64,000 nucleotides of DNA from the human T2T-CHM13v2.0 reference genome, Homo sapiens (GCF_009914755.1 NC_060929.1); one strand, 5' to 3'. Shown: positions 49,520 through 63,626, counted from the stretch's first letter. Numbers and translations are program-made. The notes: a model not told the origin generated them from the sequence alone.

Positions 49520-50310
49520 CTGTAGAGAGTCACCTAATAAATGAAAATATCCTTTATTTGAGTATTTGTTTATTCATTTACTCATATGAGAAATATTAGT
49601 GGAGGGGTAACTTGAGTGTTAGGCACTGTTCAGGTCACTGGAGATAGAGCAGCAAACCAGACAGGTAAGACCTGCCTGGTCTCTGAAACTTGCTTTCTTG
49701 ACAAAAAGACAATGAATACCTAAAAAATAATTTTGGATAATAATAGGTGCTTTGAATATGTGAAAGCTGAATGTGTGCTAGGGAATGTCTGGGCCCTGAA
49801 GGAAAATGTATATAGTACTTCAGATGTGAGTCCAAGAAGGTGACTTAGCACAGAGGCTATGTGCCTGTGGGCTGTGCCTTATAAAACAGTGTCTTTAACT
49901 GCCATTATAACACCACCAGTTGTATCATTATACCTTTTAATATAGAAGAGGAAACCAAAGCTCAGAAACTCAGAGAAGGAAGGTAACTTGCCTACAGTTC
50001 ATAGCTACTAATGACAGAGCTGTAATCCAGATCTCAGCTGGGATTCAAATCCATTTGTCTCTAAGGGCCAAAGACTTTCACTTTCTCCAAGGAGCCATCG
50101 TCTTTGCTCAGAGAGTCCCATGTAGTGTCCCTTCCAGCTACTAATGAATTCTAGGAAGTCAGGACTGGAAAGCTGAGAGACACCTTCATTCATTCACCCC
50201 GTCATGAAAGCATCATTCCTTCCCCAAACAAATATTTACTGAGCATCTGCTATGTACCAGGACAACTGAGGATATAGTGAGCCAGACAAGTAAGGTCTCT
50301 GACCATATGC

Positions 50311-50502
50311 CAGTAAGTGTTAAAAACTGGCTCTGCAGGAGTGAAAGCAGGCCTGATTCATACAGTTTGCTTATTTCTGTAGTGTAAATACTTCCACCAT
50401 GGCTGATTTCATGCTGCCAACTTGTCATGAACTGGGTTGCAAAATTTCCGAAAATCTAACAGTTGGTTCTTCTGAGCAGCTGCAACCTAGCTCCAGCCAC
50501 TG
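50311..50502. mobile_element. MER63-like hAT MITE within an antisense L2 remnant
   Basis: GTGTAAATACTTCCACCATGGCTGATTTCA...GCAAAATTTCCGAAAATCTAACA...CTCCAGCCACTG. Confidence 0.65.
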
Positions 50503-52254
50503 CTATGGCACTGGTGCACAGTGCTTGCAATTTGGTGGGTATATGAAAATAAACAGAACATTTTAATGTGGGGCATGAAGCGCTATTATAAGAGGCCTCG
50601 TTAGGATGGTTTTGGTGCTGGGTTAATGCAAAGACAGGGCACTTAACTCAGACATGAAAACAGAAAGAAAGAAACGAATCACAGTCATATATACTTGACA
50701 CCAAAGAAGTAAATATTTGGCAACATTTTGATAGATAAAAATCTTTACTTTTAATAGAAATATTGTCATCTTGTTGACACACTCCAAATGGTCCTTTGCC
50801 CAAATTATTTAGATTATCACTTGAATTATTTACTTTGCAAAAGGGAGCCCAATTTAATGAGAGGTTTGAGGTTCCCATTTAGAATTATTGTTTGAATTCT
50901 CTACTTTGCAAAACAGAGCCCAATTTAATGAGAGGTTTGAGGTTCTAGAGTCTCACTCCTGCGGTTAATTGTTGTGACCATGGGTAAGTGACTTGATTCT
51001 CAGTGTACTGGTGTCTAGATAACTTAAGGCATGTCAAGTGTCTGCACTTTACTAATCGGCCTCTTCAGATATTAGAGTTTTATGGATATAAAGCCTCTCT
51101 CTTCTGTGCCTTTCAGTAATGGCACTCAGACAACATGCACAGAAGATGAGCTGGAATTCTGCCTGGCTTCTTGCAGGGCACTCTCATTTTTCGCACTCTA
51201 GAACCATTTAGAGAAGGCCCCATTTAGAATTTAAAATGTAGTTGGGCCCAAATGAGTATAAAACAGGTATACAATCCACACTATTTTAAAACCAAGATGG
51301 GACAGGAAAATCGATGCCATGTGGATGGCCTTTTGAAAATGTCACCAGCTCTGAAATATCTACCAAATTAAGGCAAATTTTGGGACTCCTGGGACTTAAG
51401 CACTTTTCCAGTCATATCCAGAGGCATCTGCTCAATTATTAACACCCACCCTCTTTGTAAATGAGACAGCGGCTGGGTTCTGTTCACACATCAGCTAGAA
51501 ACATTGTTTGGGAAACAATTGTTCCCAGAACCATGATGACCAACACGTGTGCTGTCATCCTTGCACCCCATAGGGTTATCATTGCCTCTCTGGTATTGCC
51601 AAAAACCAGGGCCTACGTGCAGTTTCTGATTGTGTAACTGGATTCTCTGATTGTGAAGGCAAAGGTCTGCAGCTGTTTCCAAGCCTTTCTTTCTGCAGTC
51701 ATCCCAATTCAATTTGCCACCTCTGAAGGGATCTGTGTGGGTAGGCAGCTCATGGCTGTTCCAGCACAAAGCCCAGCAATTCCAAGTCTTGCCTCACTTC
51801 ATTTGTAAATGAGGGTTACATCCCAGAGACTGGAGATGTGATTAATAAAACAACCACAGCTGCACCTGAAAGCGGACATATTAACTCTTTTCTTATGGTT
51901 GTTCCAAGCATATGTGTTGGGTTCATTTGTAATTCATTCCTCTGACTTTAATTCAAAAGCAGCACCTAGAAGTCTTCAGATGGTGCATTGTGATGACAGC
52001 CTTGCCTGTGTCTACAAAGTGCAAATTTGACAGCTCTCGAAAATGAAAATTCTCCATTCATGCTGTGTAACTTGATGCGGTTAACTAATGACCAAATCTA
52101 TACTTCACTGGGTTCTTGGTAAACCAAAACCTCATTGCATGTCTACAGAGCTAGTATCCAGGTCAATGTGACCCACTGTAATTTTCTGTCTGTCAGAATA
52201 TCAGTAATTACACATTCAACCAGATTTACTGATAGGAAATAGAAGTCAAAATTT

Positions 52255-52564
52255 TGTCAGAGAGACAACAGAGAATACTGGAGATTGAGGCAAAGTAGAA
52301 AACTCTTGCCTTGTGTAAAGAAGGCAGCCTTTGATTTGTTCCACGAGATTGTTGTCATGTGGCAATGTAAGCCCAGTGCTACAAGATAATTCCAAGTTTT
52401 CAAAAGAAGCATGCAATCTGTATTTTAATATAAATTCCCCCAATTCAGAGATTTACAACTAATTTAGAGGTTCACAACTAATTTAATTTTTGTTTAAACT
52501 TGTCATCTAAACATATCTGTGGATTTAAACCTGGTACACACAGACCACGATTTTGTAATCTCTG
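52255..52564. mobile_element. MER102/MER103-like hAT-Charlie remnant (partly duplicated at ~53990-54151)
   Basis: GACAACAGAGAATACTGGAGA...GCCCAGTGCTACAAGAT...TTTTCAAAAGAAGC...TTTGTAATCTCTG. Confidence 0.55.
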
Positions 52565-54342
52565 GTACTAACAACCTATAACAACCTTCAATTTTGAAGA
52601 TTTTACAGCACCTTAAAAATTTTCTCCACCACTGCCATGCACCCTTCTTTTTTTTTTAAACACATATTTTATTTTATTACCATATAAATTAAGGAAAATA
52701 TATACGTCATAAGTGCACTGTTTCACAAACAGAACTTACATGTGTAACTAGCACTCAGTTGTGGAAATAAACCATTATTCCAAAAGCCCACCCTGGCCCC
52801 CTCCAGTCACTACTCATCCTCACAAGAGTAGCTGCTGTTGCATGCACTTTTCTATTACTTTTTTTCTGTAAGTACAGTCAAATTAATGAGTCAAACAAAT
52901 GCTATCTATGCATGAATTCATTACAATAATACAAACTGTGGTTTGCTGAAAAGAAACCAACAATGTATGCATATAGAATTGTCATGCTGAAAACCTTGGG
53001 CTGATATTTCAAACAATTTATCAGCAGACTTTGACATAACATCTTTATGTCATAACATCTTTGGCCAAATTTTCCATTCACTTTGTCCATACAAACAAAG
53101 CAAAATAAAGACTTTGCATTCACAGCCTTTATGTTACCTAACCCAAGCCATTGGAGCTAAATGCTTTCCTAACTACATGTGTAGATAAAATTCAAAGTTT
53201 CCTGGTCTGAGTGTCAAGATACTATTGCAAATTTCTTCATGAAATGAACCATATGTATAAAATATGGGACTTTGCTTCAATGCACGTATTTATTTTACCA
53301 AGTTTATGACAGTCCATCAACAAGCCCTGCTGTGCTTTGGCTTCTCAATATGTTTCTCTTTTCTCCCTTCAGCAGTCATCCTGCAGTTTACATTTTTTGG
53401 TTCTCACATCCTTTGTTTTGAAAGGAACCTGAATCTGGCATCATTTTTTTTTTAAGTGAGAAATCATCTGTGAAGTACATTATGGCATATTTGGTACAGG
53501 GTGCCAAAAAAAAAAAAAAAAGAGACAGGGTTTTGTAGGGTTTGTGTCAAAACACATGCCAGCATATTGGTGAAAATAGTTGCCCTACTTCTTACTGTCA
53601 GTCGTCGTCACTTCCTGATTGATTCAGGTGCTGGACATCTGCTCTGGCTACTCTAGTTCAGAGCTGCTCCTGCTCCATGCCATGCTGGGCAGCAGAGAAA
53701 CAAGCACATTGGACTCCTGTCACATGGCCTGCTGTCTATGGATCTCTGCACGACTATGCATTCAATGACCATTTTATAAAATGTTGTTTAAAACCCATCT
53801 TCATTTGGATTTTAAATCCAAATGAATTTAAATGGATTTAAAATCCATAAATGGATTTAAAAGCCACCAAGTATCCTGGATAAAAAGCCACCCAGTATCC
53901 CGCTCAATGTCACCCATTGTAATTTTCTGTCAGAGTATCAATAATTGCACATTCAACCAGATTGACCGATAGGCAATAGAATTCACACATTTTGTCAGAG
54001 ACAACAGGGAATGCTGGAGACTGTGGCAAAGTAGAAAACTTATGCCTTGTGTACAGAAGGCAGCCTTTAATCTGTTCCACAAGATTGTCACCGTGTGGCT
54101 ATGTAAGCCCAGTGCTACAAGGTATTCTAATTTTTCCAAAGAAGCATGCAAACTCGGGAACAAATTCAAGCAACACTGAAATGCCTTTTTACCTATCAAA
54201 TGTGAAGTTTGTTATTGTAATTTTCATTGCCTAAATAATAAGGCCCATGCTTGAGGAGAATGTGAGAAAATGGAAATTTTCATACAATGCTGGAGGCAGT
54301 ATACACTGATACAGGACATTCTGAAAGGCAATACCTATTGTA

Positions 54343-54905
54343 TGTGGTAGGTGGGATTTTGGCCACCATGGCTTTTGATCCTTACGAAGACAAAAGGGAC
54401 TTTGCAGATGCAATTAAGGCTGTTAATCAGCTGGCCTTACAATAGAGACATTATCCTATGCTATCAGATGAGCCCAATGTAATCATTTGAACCCTTAAGA
54501 GCAGAAGAGGGAGGCAGAGACATGTGTCTGCTTCGGAATGATTCAACCCTGTTTCTAGTCCTGAGCTATGGTGGGCTTCTTGCAAGTGCAAAAAGTGGAC
54601 TCTAATAGCTAAGGGAGGCCCCAGCTGACAGTCAGCAAGGAAATGGGGACCTTTTCCTACAGGTGCGGGGAACTAAATTTTGTTGACAACATGAAGGAGT
54701 CTGGAAACAGGTTCTCTTCTAGAGTCTCCAGAAGGGGATGCAGCCCTGCTGACACCTTAATTTTGGACTTGTGAGGCTTCAGGCAGAGAAACCAGCCAAA
54801 CCCACTGGATGCCTAACTTACAGAACTGCTAAATAAGAAAAGAGTGTGGCTTTGAGTCACTAAATCATTCATAATTTGTTATGGCAGCCATAGAAAACTA
54901 GCACA
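54343..54905 (+). mobile_element. MaLR LTR, MLT1D/E-like
   Basis: TGTGGTAG start; AAAAGGGACTTTGCAGATGCAATTAAGG; TAATTTGTTATGGCAGCCATAGAAAACTAGCACA end. Confidence 0.85.
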
Positions 54906-55844
54906 AATTCCCTCAACAAATCTCCACATCATTTGATCCAATAATTCCTCTTCTGGGACTTTAGAAATCCATCAAAGATTGAATGCAAAATGTTTACCCC
55001 AGTGACTAAATATTGAAAATAATCTAATTGTCTAATGTTAGAGATTTAGTTGAATAAATTACAGTAAAGTCATATGATAAAATACTATGCAGTTACAAAG
55101 ATTGATTTTTATGTGAATATTCAGTAATATGAAAATGCATACAGTATAATATTAAGTGAAATAGAAAGAACACAATGCAATATATAAAATTTGGCCCTGT
55201 CACATTTGTGTGCTTTTTTCTCTATGTGTGTATACATACGTAAGTATATGTTAACAGGATGCTTATCTTGGTTCTGGCCAAGGCCCCAGAAGCCAAGAAT
55301 AAAATTAGATGCAGGTGCCCCCATTCCAAGGCCAGGTGGTAGACAGGATTGGCAAAGCGGGTCACTGAAATTAGCCCATCACCCTCTCCAGGGTATAAAA
55401 GAAGGATGCAGAGAGTGGGGGTGCTTCAGCCTCTTTTCTTGACTGTTTATGGAAGGGGAGAGAGGTGCTTGACTTTCATCTCACAACAAATGAAAGAGGG
55501 ATTTCAAGCAGCTATACAGAGAACTTGCTATATCCTCTCAAATGTGGAGGACACAGGGGCTGGGTTGTGTCACAATTTTTAGTAACTCCATTCATTCATT
55601 TACTCAATCAAGCAATATTTACTGAGCCAAATTACATGTACTATGTATTGTGCCGGGTGCTGGATTCTAGGTCATTTTTGTTAAGTTTTAAAGTAATCTA
55701 ATGCATTAAAAACAAAGTAAAGTAATCTAATGCATTAAAATCTCTAAAGTGGACATTTATTCTGAAAATACAGTGCAATATTAAGTGAAAAAGAAAGAAT
55801 ACAAAGCTATATATGAAATTTGGTCCTATTACAAATTATACCTC

Positions 55845-56332
55845 CCCATATCCATCCTTGCTTATTCTGCGTAAAGCCTACAATTTGGGTTTGGAAATTC
55901 ACCCTTCCCCTACCTCAGGGCACACTTAGGTCAAGTGTGGAGTACATGGCTCAAGCCAACTAGTGCTCTTCATTCCCACAATCATAGTGATTAATTTAGG
56001 AATGAACACATGAATCTCACAGCCCAATGAGATGCAATGAAATGTTGGCTGGAAATCTTTGAATAGAGGCAGTTTCTCTTTCTTGCTGAATGTGAACTTG
56101 AGGACAAGCAAGAGCTGGAACAGCTGCAGACATTTTGTTACTGTCAGCAACTTGGGAATTGAGTTACTGCAGTGGAGAAAGCCTGGTGACATTGCTTGAG
56201 CCTAGGATGGAGCTGTAACTGAAGAAAGCCCTATTCTGGTATTACTCACATCTATGAGTCCTCTTTCCTTAAGTCAATCTTTTAAATTGTGGGTTATCAC
56301 TTGCAACAGAAAATGCTCTCTTACTGACAACA
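55845..56332 (+). mobile_element. Old MLT1-type MaLR LTR
   Basis: Ends ATCACTTGCAACAGAAAATGC...CTGACAACA. Confidence 0.55.
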
Positions 56333-57321
56333 TCCTTTACTACTTCATGTTTTCAACTCTAAAATGTTGTTAAAAGCTTGAATTTAAGTTCTCAAAATAG
56401 AATTTGAAACTTAAAGAGGAAAAGTAATATGACAATCTCATAAATTTAAAACTATACATACATAATATGATAAAAGTGATTTTATATCTTAAAATATGCC
56501 TAAACTAAATTTCAAATCAGAACACCCTTAGGACAGGGAAAGTGTGATAACCCAATTAAGAATGAAGAGAATGTTTCCATTCTCTTTTAAGATTCTTTGA
56601 TTAACTCTCTTGTTGCTTTCAGGTTATGGGCCAATCTGAGAATAGAGATATGGAGAAGAAATGCTTGAAGGGTAACAGAAGAAAAAAAAAAGTCAGCAAT
56701 TATTCTGACATCTAAACTTCTGTCAGATGCCTCCTATGAAGGAACTTTGATGTTAGTTGCCAATTTCCTTTTTAAAAATTCTCTGTACACTCTATGCTTT
56801 CAAAAACACACTAGAACATATCCTGTCATATACTTAACATCTGGTAGGAGGGGAAATTTCTCAAAGGAATCTTGGCTGTCTCATGCTCCCCTGAAGGAAT
56901 TTCCCCCAGAATTAGGATGACAGTGTGTTAAATAGCCATCATTCGTTTGTGTGACAGTTCAGCATCTAACCACATCTGAGAATAAAAGAGTGACGGTCTC
57001 TGATTTTTGCAGGCTAACGTTGGGGTACATTATATGATGCCAAAACATCCAGATTAACATTAAAAATATTCAGCCATCCATCCACATTTTCCAAAGTATC
57101 CAGATGTTTGACATCTTGTAAGCATAGCATGTGATGGCACTAATTGGATACTATAAGAATTTTCATACTCCTTGGTCATTAAGCATTTATTATAATCTGC
57201 TTATGTGTGAGTCGTATAGGTTGGATTGATTCATAAGCCATTGCTCCTGCTCATTATGGAATTTACTAGCAATTGGCATACAAGTAACACAGAACTACAA
57301 GAAAATGTGATGGGTGCTGTA

Positions 57322-58000
57322 CCAAATTAGGATGGTCTCATTGCAAAGAAAAGAACATTCAACTAAAAGCATTTCCACTAGCTTTGTGCTTTTATGCAAA
57401 ATTTTTAAAATATGCCTCGTTCTCTAGGCAAACACAGTCCTACATCATAATAGATATGGTGGTGGGCAGCAGTATACCCTTGCACACATGTACATGAACA
57501 TATGTGATATAAATACTTAACATTTTCTAGAATGAGAAGTGTAGAGGTAGGCAATTCCAGGGTTGATCAGTTCTGTGATGGGAGAGCTGTATTGAGAACT
57601 AGATGTTTTCCATATTTCTTCTCTGGCATTATTAGCATTTGGCTCTTACCTTCAGGCTCATTCTCTCATGGTTACAAAAGAGTTGCTGCAGCTCTAAGCA
57701 ATACTTCTTCATAGAACCCAAAGACAAGAGGGCATCTGTTTTGATCAAGGTGGAAAATTATTTTCCAAAGACCTTCCAGAAAACTCCCCCTTACTTCTCA
57801 TTGGCTATAGCTGGACCACTTAGTTATTTCTAAGTTGATCTTTAGAATTACCAGGTTTGGTTGTAACCAGTCAAAATTTTCTACATGGGTATAGTGAGGG
57901 TATCAGACTCCTCTTACTTATAGAGACACCTGAAACTAACAAAGGTGGGATTTGGTTAAGAGAAAGAAGGATAAAGTCCCTTGTGGGTTATATTAACCAG
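57322..58000 (-). mobile_element. Old MLT1-type MaLR LTR
   Basis: Antisense MLT1-like CTCATGGTTACAAAAGAGTTGCTGCAGCTCTAAGCA and TTCTCATTGGCTATAGCTGG. Confidence 0.5.
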
Positions 58001-58371
58001 TACTTAACATATAATCAGTGAGTGTAATCAAAGTGCCACAAGAGCAGAAAAACAAACAAAAAGGCCATTGATTTGACCTCATGGTAATCCTGATTTTGGA
58101 ATTGGTACTTGATACATGAGAAGTATTTCTCCAGTGAATAAATGATGGAAACATATTTCAAAACAAAAATATTATGTAAAATCATTAATTTGAAGGTTAT
58201 GTTAATTTTTTCTTATAATGAGATAAATGTTTTATACACTCACAAACTTATCCAAGAAAGACATGGTAGGAAAAAAATAAAATATAATTTTCTTCCCATT
58301 AAAAAAAAATGCATTCTTTTATTGAAACACATACACATATGTAAGCATTATTTTTTAAAAACAAAGCACAA

Positions 58372-60985
58372 TTAATCCAGACAAGGATACAGTAAAAAAA
58401 GAAAACCACAAGCCAATATCCCTGATAAATATAGATGCAAAAATCTTCAACAAAATACCACAAATTGAATTCAAATGCACATCAAAAAGATTATGCCGTC
58501 AAGTGGGCTTTATCCTAGGGATGCAAGGATGGTTTAACATATGCAAATCAATAAATGCGACACAACACATCAACGGAATGAAGAACAAAAGCCATATGAT
58601 CATCTTAATAAATTCAGAAAAAACCATTTGATAAAATTCAACATCTCTTCATGATAAAATCTCTCAACATATTAGGTATAGAAGGAATTTACTTAAACAC
58701 AATAAAGGGCATATATGACAAACCTGCAGCTGACATCATACTAAATGGGGAAAGTTAAAAGCTTTCTCTCAAAAAACTGTAATAAGACAAGGATGCTCAC
58801 TTTCACCACTCTTATTCAACATATAACTAGAAGTTCTAGAAAGAGCAATTAGAAAAGAAAAAGAAATAAAAGGCACCCAAGTTGAAAAGAAGAATGTCAA
58901 ATGTACCTGCTTATAAACAACATAATCTTATATATATAAAATCTAAAGCCTCCAGGAAAAAACTCTTAGAACTGATAGAATAATTCAGTAAAGTTTCATG
59001 ACACAAAATCAACATGCAAAAATCCATAGTGTTTCTATATACCAATAACAAACTAGTTGAAAACAAATAAAAAATTAATCTAATTTATAATAGCTACAGA
59101 AAGATAAAATACCTAGGAGTAAATTTAACCAACGAGGTGAAAGATCTCTGTGATAAAAACTATAAAACACAGATGAAAGAAATGTAAGAGAATACACACA
59201 AAATGGAAATTCATACCATTTTCATTAATTGGGGCAATAAATATTGTTAAAATGTCCATACTCCCCAAGAGAGCTACAGATTCAGTGCAATTCCTATCAA
59301 AATGACAATGATATTCTTCACAGAGATAAAGAAATCAATCCTAAAATTTGTACAGAACCACAAAGACCCCAAATAACCAAAGTACTCTTGAGCAAAAAAA
59401 ACAAAGTTGGAGGCGTTACACTACCTGATTTCAAAATACATTACAAAGCTATAGTCACTAAACAGCATGGTACTGGCATAAGTACAGACACATAGACCAG
59501 TGGAACAGAACAGAGAGCTCAGATATAAATTCACATATTTACAGCCAAATGATTTTCAACAAAGATACCCAGATCATACATTAGGGGGGAAAATAATCTT
59601 TTCAGTAAATGTTGCTGGGAAAACCAGATATCCATGTACAGAATAATGAAACTAGACCCCCATCCCTCACCACGTACAAAAATCAACTCAAAATGGATTA
59701 AAGATTTAAACATAGGGCTCAAAACTACAAAACTACTGGAAAAAATACAAAGAAACACTTCAGAACATTGGTCTGGGAAAAGATTTTATGGTTAAGATCT
59801 CAAAAGCACAGGCAACAAAAGCAAAAATAGACAAATAGGAATCATATCAAACTAAAAAGCCTCTGTACAGCAAAGGATGTGGTCAATAGAGTGAAGAGAC
59901 AATTTGAAAAACATGAGAAAATATTTGGAAACCATTCATCTGATAAAATATTAATACCCAGAATAAACAAGGAACCCAAACAATTTAAGAGCAAAATGGC
60001 AAATAATCCAATTAAAAAATGGGCAAAGGATCTGAATAGACATTTCTTAAAAGAAGACAAATGGCCAACAAGTATGTGAAAAAATGCTCAACAACACTAT
60101 TCATCAGGCAAATGCAAATTAAAACCATGATGAGATATCATCTTGCCCCAGTTAGAATACCTGTTACCAGAAAGACACAAAATAACAAATGTTAGAGAAG
60201 ATGTGGAGAAAAGGGGACTCTTTCTTATACACTGTTGACGGGACTGTAAACCAATACAACCATTATGTAAAACAGTATCAAGTTTCCTCAAAAAGCTAAT
60301 CATACAACTACCATATGATCTTGCAATCCAACTACCAGGTATTTATCTAAAGGAAAGAAAATCAGTATGTCAAAGAGATATCTGCACTCCCATGTTTATT
60401 GCAGCACTACTCACAATAGCCAAGATATGAAATTAACCTTCATGTCTATGGACAGATGAATGGGATATATACACAATGGAATATTATTAAGACATAAAAA
60501 AGAATGAAATCCTGTCATTTGTGTCAATGTGGATAAGCCTGGGGGACATCATGTTACATGAAATAAGCCAGGCACAGAAAGAGAAATAATACATGTTCTC
60601 ATTCATACGTGGGAGCTCAAAAAGTTGATCTCATAAAAGTAGAGAGTAGAATAGTGGTTACTAGAGGTTAGGAAGGGTAGGTGAAAGGGTGGATAGGGAG
60701 AGGTTAACAGATACAAAATTATAGCAAGATAGGGGAAATAAGTTCTAGCCTTAGGTAGCTCTATGGGTAAACAACAATTCATTGTATTTTTTCAAATAGC
60801 TAGAAGATAATATTTTGAATGTTACCAACACAAAGACAAAATACAGTTGTGAGGTGATAAATTTGCTAATTACCCTGATTTGATATTACACATTGTTTGC
60901 ATGTATCAAAGTAGTATACATGTATCAAAGTATCACACTGCATTCCATAAATACGTACAATTATTATGTGTCAACTAAAAATATG
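58372..60985 (+). mobile_element. 5'-truncated L1MA (L1MA2-4-like)
   Basis: Decayed ORF2 from the RT region onward; 3' UTR AGTAGAGAGTAGAATAGTGGTTACTAGAGG...TATGTGTCAACTAAAAAT. Confidence 0.9.
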
Positions 60986-61699
60986 TAGTAAACAGTTTTT
61001 AAAAACTTAAAACTAGCTTAAGTAAAAAGAGGACTTATTGTATATTATATTCAGAAGTTCAGATCTAGATGCCGAAACTATTCTGTGCCCCTCAGTGATG
61101 ACTGTATTGTTCCCTATGCTGACAGGATTCCTCTAATAGCAGGGACAATGGCTTTCAACAACTCCAAATCCCAAACTTGCAGATATAACAACCTCAGAGA
61201 AAAGTGAATATTTCTCTTCCTTTGTGTGCATATCAATACTAGAAAAGGACACTGACTGGTCATGCTGGGTCAGTTGCTCACCCCTCAACCAACCATGGTT
61301 GCCAGGAGGGTGGTAATGCTCATCTGGGCCTTCTGTTCATTTCTGTGGCTGTCATGGTGGGTAACACTTTTGTCCATGATAATAATTGTTAGAGAAAATT
61401 GAAAAATAAGGAAAGAAAACATAGTAAAACTACATTTAATGACACTATGAAAAAATAATCACTGTATTCTTCCCATAATATTAGTTATGTGTCCTTTTCC
61501 AATATTATTATTAAAAATATAATATTATAATTAACATTATAAAATTGTAATCCTATATATAGTATAAACATAGTTTTGCATTGTTTTTAAATATTATATT
61601 GTTATAAAATTATTTTAAAAACTAAAAATTATTCTATATTACAAAATTCCTTTTTATTTTAGAAAAAAATAGAACACATAATAATTAGTTATTCATTCA

Positions 61700-63626
61700 A
61701 CCAACTAGGAATAGAAGGAAATTTCCTCAAGCCAATAAGGGCATATACAAAAAACTCACAGCTAGCCTCATATTTAATTGCAAAAAGATTGAATTTTTCC
61801 CTTCTGAGATTGCAAACAAGACAAATATATTTGCTCTCATCACTTTATATGCAACATTATAGCAGAGATTTTGGCCAGGGCAATCAGGCAAATAAAAGAA
61901 TAAAAGACATTCAGATTGGAAAGGAAGAAGTAAAACTATCTGTATTTGCAGACGATATGATCTTGTATATTGAAAATTCTAAGTAATCCACTAAAAACGA
62001 TTAGAACTAACAAATAAGTTCAGCAATGTGGCAGGATATAAGATCAATATATGAAATTCAATTGTATTTCTATACACTAGCAATGAATAATCTTAAAATG
62101 AAATTAAGAAACAACCCTGCTTATAATAGCACAAAAGGAATAAAATACCTAGGAATGAATTTAACAAAAGAAATGCAAGACTTGAACACTCACAAACTAT
62201 AAAACATTGAAAGAAATTAAAGATCTAAATAAATTAAAAGATATAAAATATTCCACCTCCGTAAATTAAGATAACAATTGTTAAGATGGGAATAATTCCT
62301 AAATTGATTGAGAGTCAGTATAATCCCTTTCAAAATCCCAACTTTTTTTTAGATGTTGACAAGTTGGCTCTAACATTTATATGAAAATGCAGGGGGGCCA
62401 GAAGAGTCTAACTAATCTTGAAAAAGAAGAACAAATACTGGAGGATTCATGCTTCTTAATTACAAAATATCCTACAAAGCTACAGTAATCAAGACCATGG
62501 TACTGGCATAAGGATAAATATATACACAGATGGACCATAATCCCAAATCTAGATGTAAACCCTCACATTTATGGTCATTTGACTTTTTATAAGGTTGACA
62601 GACAATTTAATGGGGAAAAATAGCCTTTTAAACACATAAAGCTAGGACAACTGATATCTATATGCAAACAAAAAAGAGAGAGAAAAGAATTTTGATGCTT
62701 ATCTCATACCATATAAAAAATTAACTCAAAATAAAGATATAACTAAATATAGGAGCTAAAACTATAAAGATCTTATAATAAAATATAGGACCAAAGTCTT
62801 GTGACTTTGAATTAGGCAGTTTTTCTGATATGACACTAAAAGTACAAATGGCAAAAGAAAAAACAAACAAATTGGACTTCAATGAAATTAAAAATTTTGT
62901 GCCTCAAAGGCCAACATCAAAAAACTGAAAAGTCACCTTACAGGATTGTAGAAAATATTTTCAAATGTATCTGACAAGGCAGTTTTATCCAGATTACATA
63001 AAGAAGTCTTACAATGCAGCAATAAAAGCACAAATAACCCAATTAAAATGGGCAAAGGATTTGAATTGACATTTTTCATAAGATGATAAAGAAATAATGG
63101 TCAATTATCACAAACAAATATGCTAAATATAATTAGCCATTAGAAAATTGCTAATCAAAACCGTAATGGGATACTACTTTTCACCTGCTAAGATGGTGAA
63201 AATTAAAAAGACAGGTAATAGCAAGTCTTGAAGGGATGTAGGTAAATTGGAGCACATACATTAATGGTGGGAATGTAAATGGTGAAGCCACTGTGGGAAA
63301 CATTCTAGGAGTTCCTCAAAATGCTAAATACAGTATACACCCAAGATTAATGAAAATGTATGTCCATACAAAAACTTGTAAATGAACATTTATAGCAACA
63401 TTATTCATAATAGCCAAAAAGTGGAAACAAACTAAATGTCCATCAACTGATGCATGGATAAACAAAACGCATTATATTCATAACAATGGAATATTATTTG
63501 GCAATAAAAAGAAATGAAGTACTAATACATGTTACAATACGAGGCACCTTGAAAACATGGTCAGAAGAAGCCAAACACAAAACACCACATGTTACATAAA
63601 TTCATTTATGGGAAATGTTCATAATA

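Noticed and set aside
50821-50945. Repeat-spacer-repeat pattern as a CRISPR-like array
   Set aside because: Only two copies, mammalian context, no cas genes; it is a simple tandem duplication.
53496-53531. A16 run flanked by ACAGGGT as another poly(A)-only insertion
   Set aside because: The repeat is only 7 bp and not flush with the A run, so chance is plausible.
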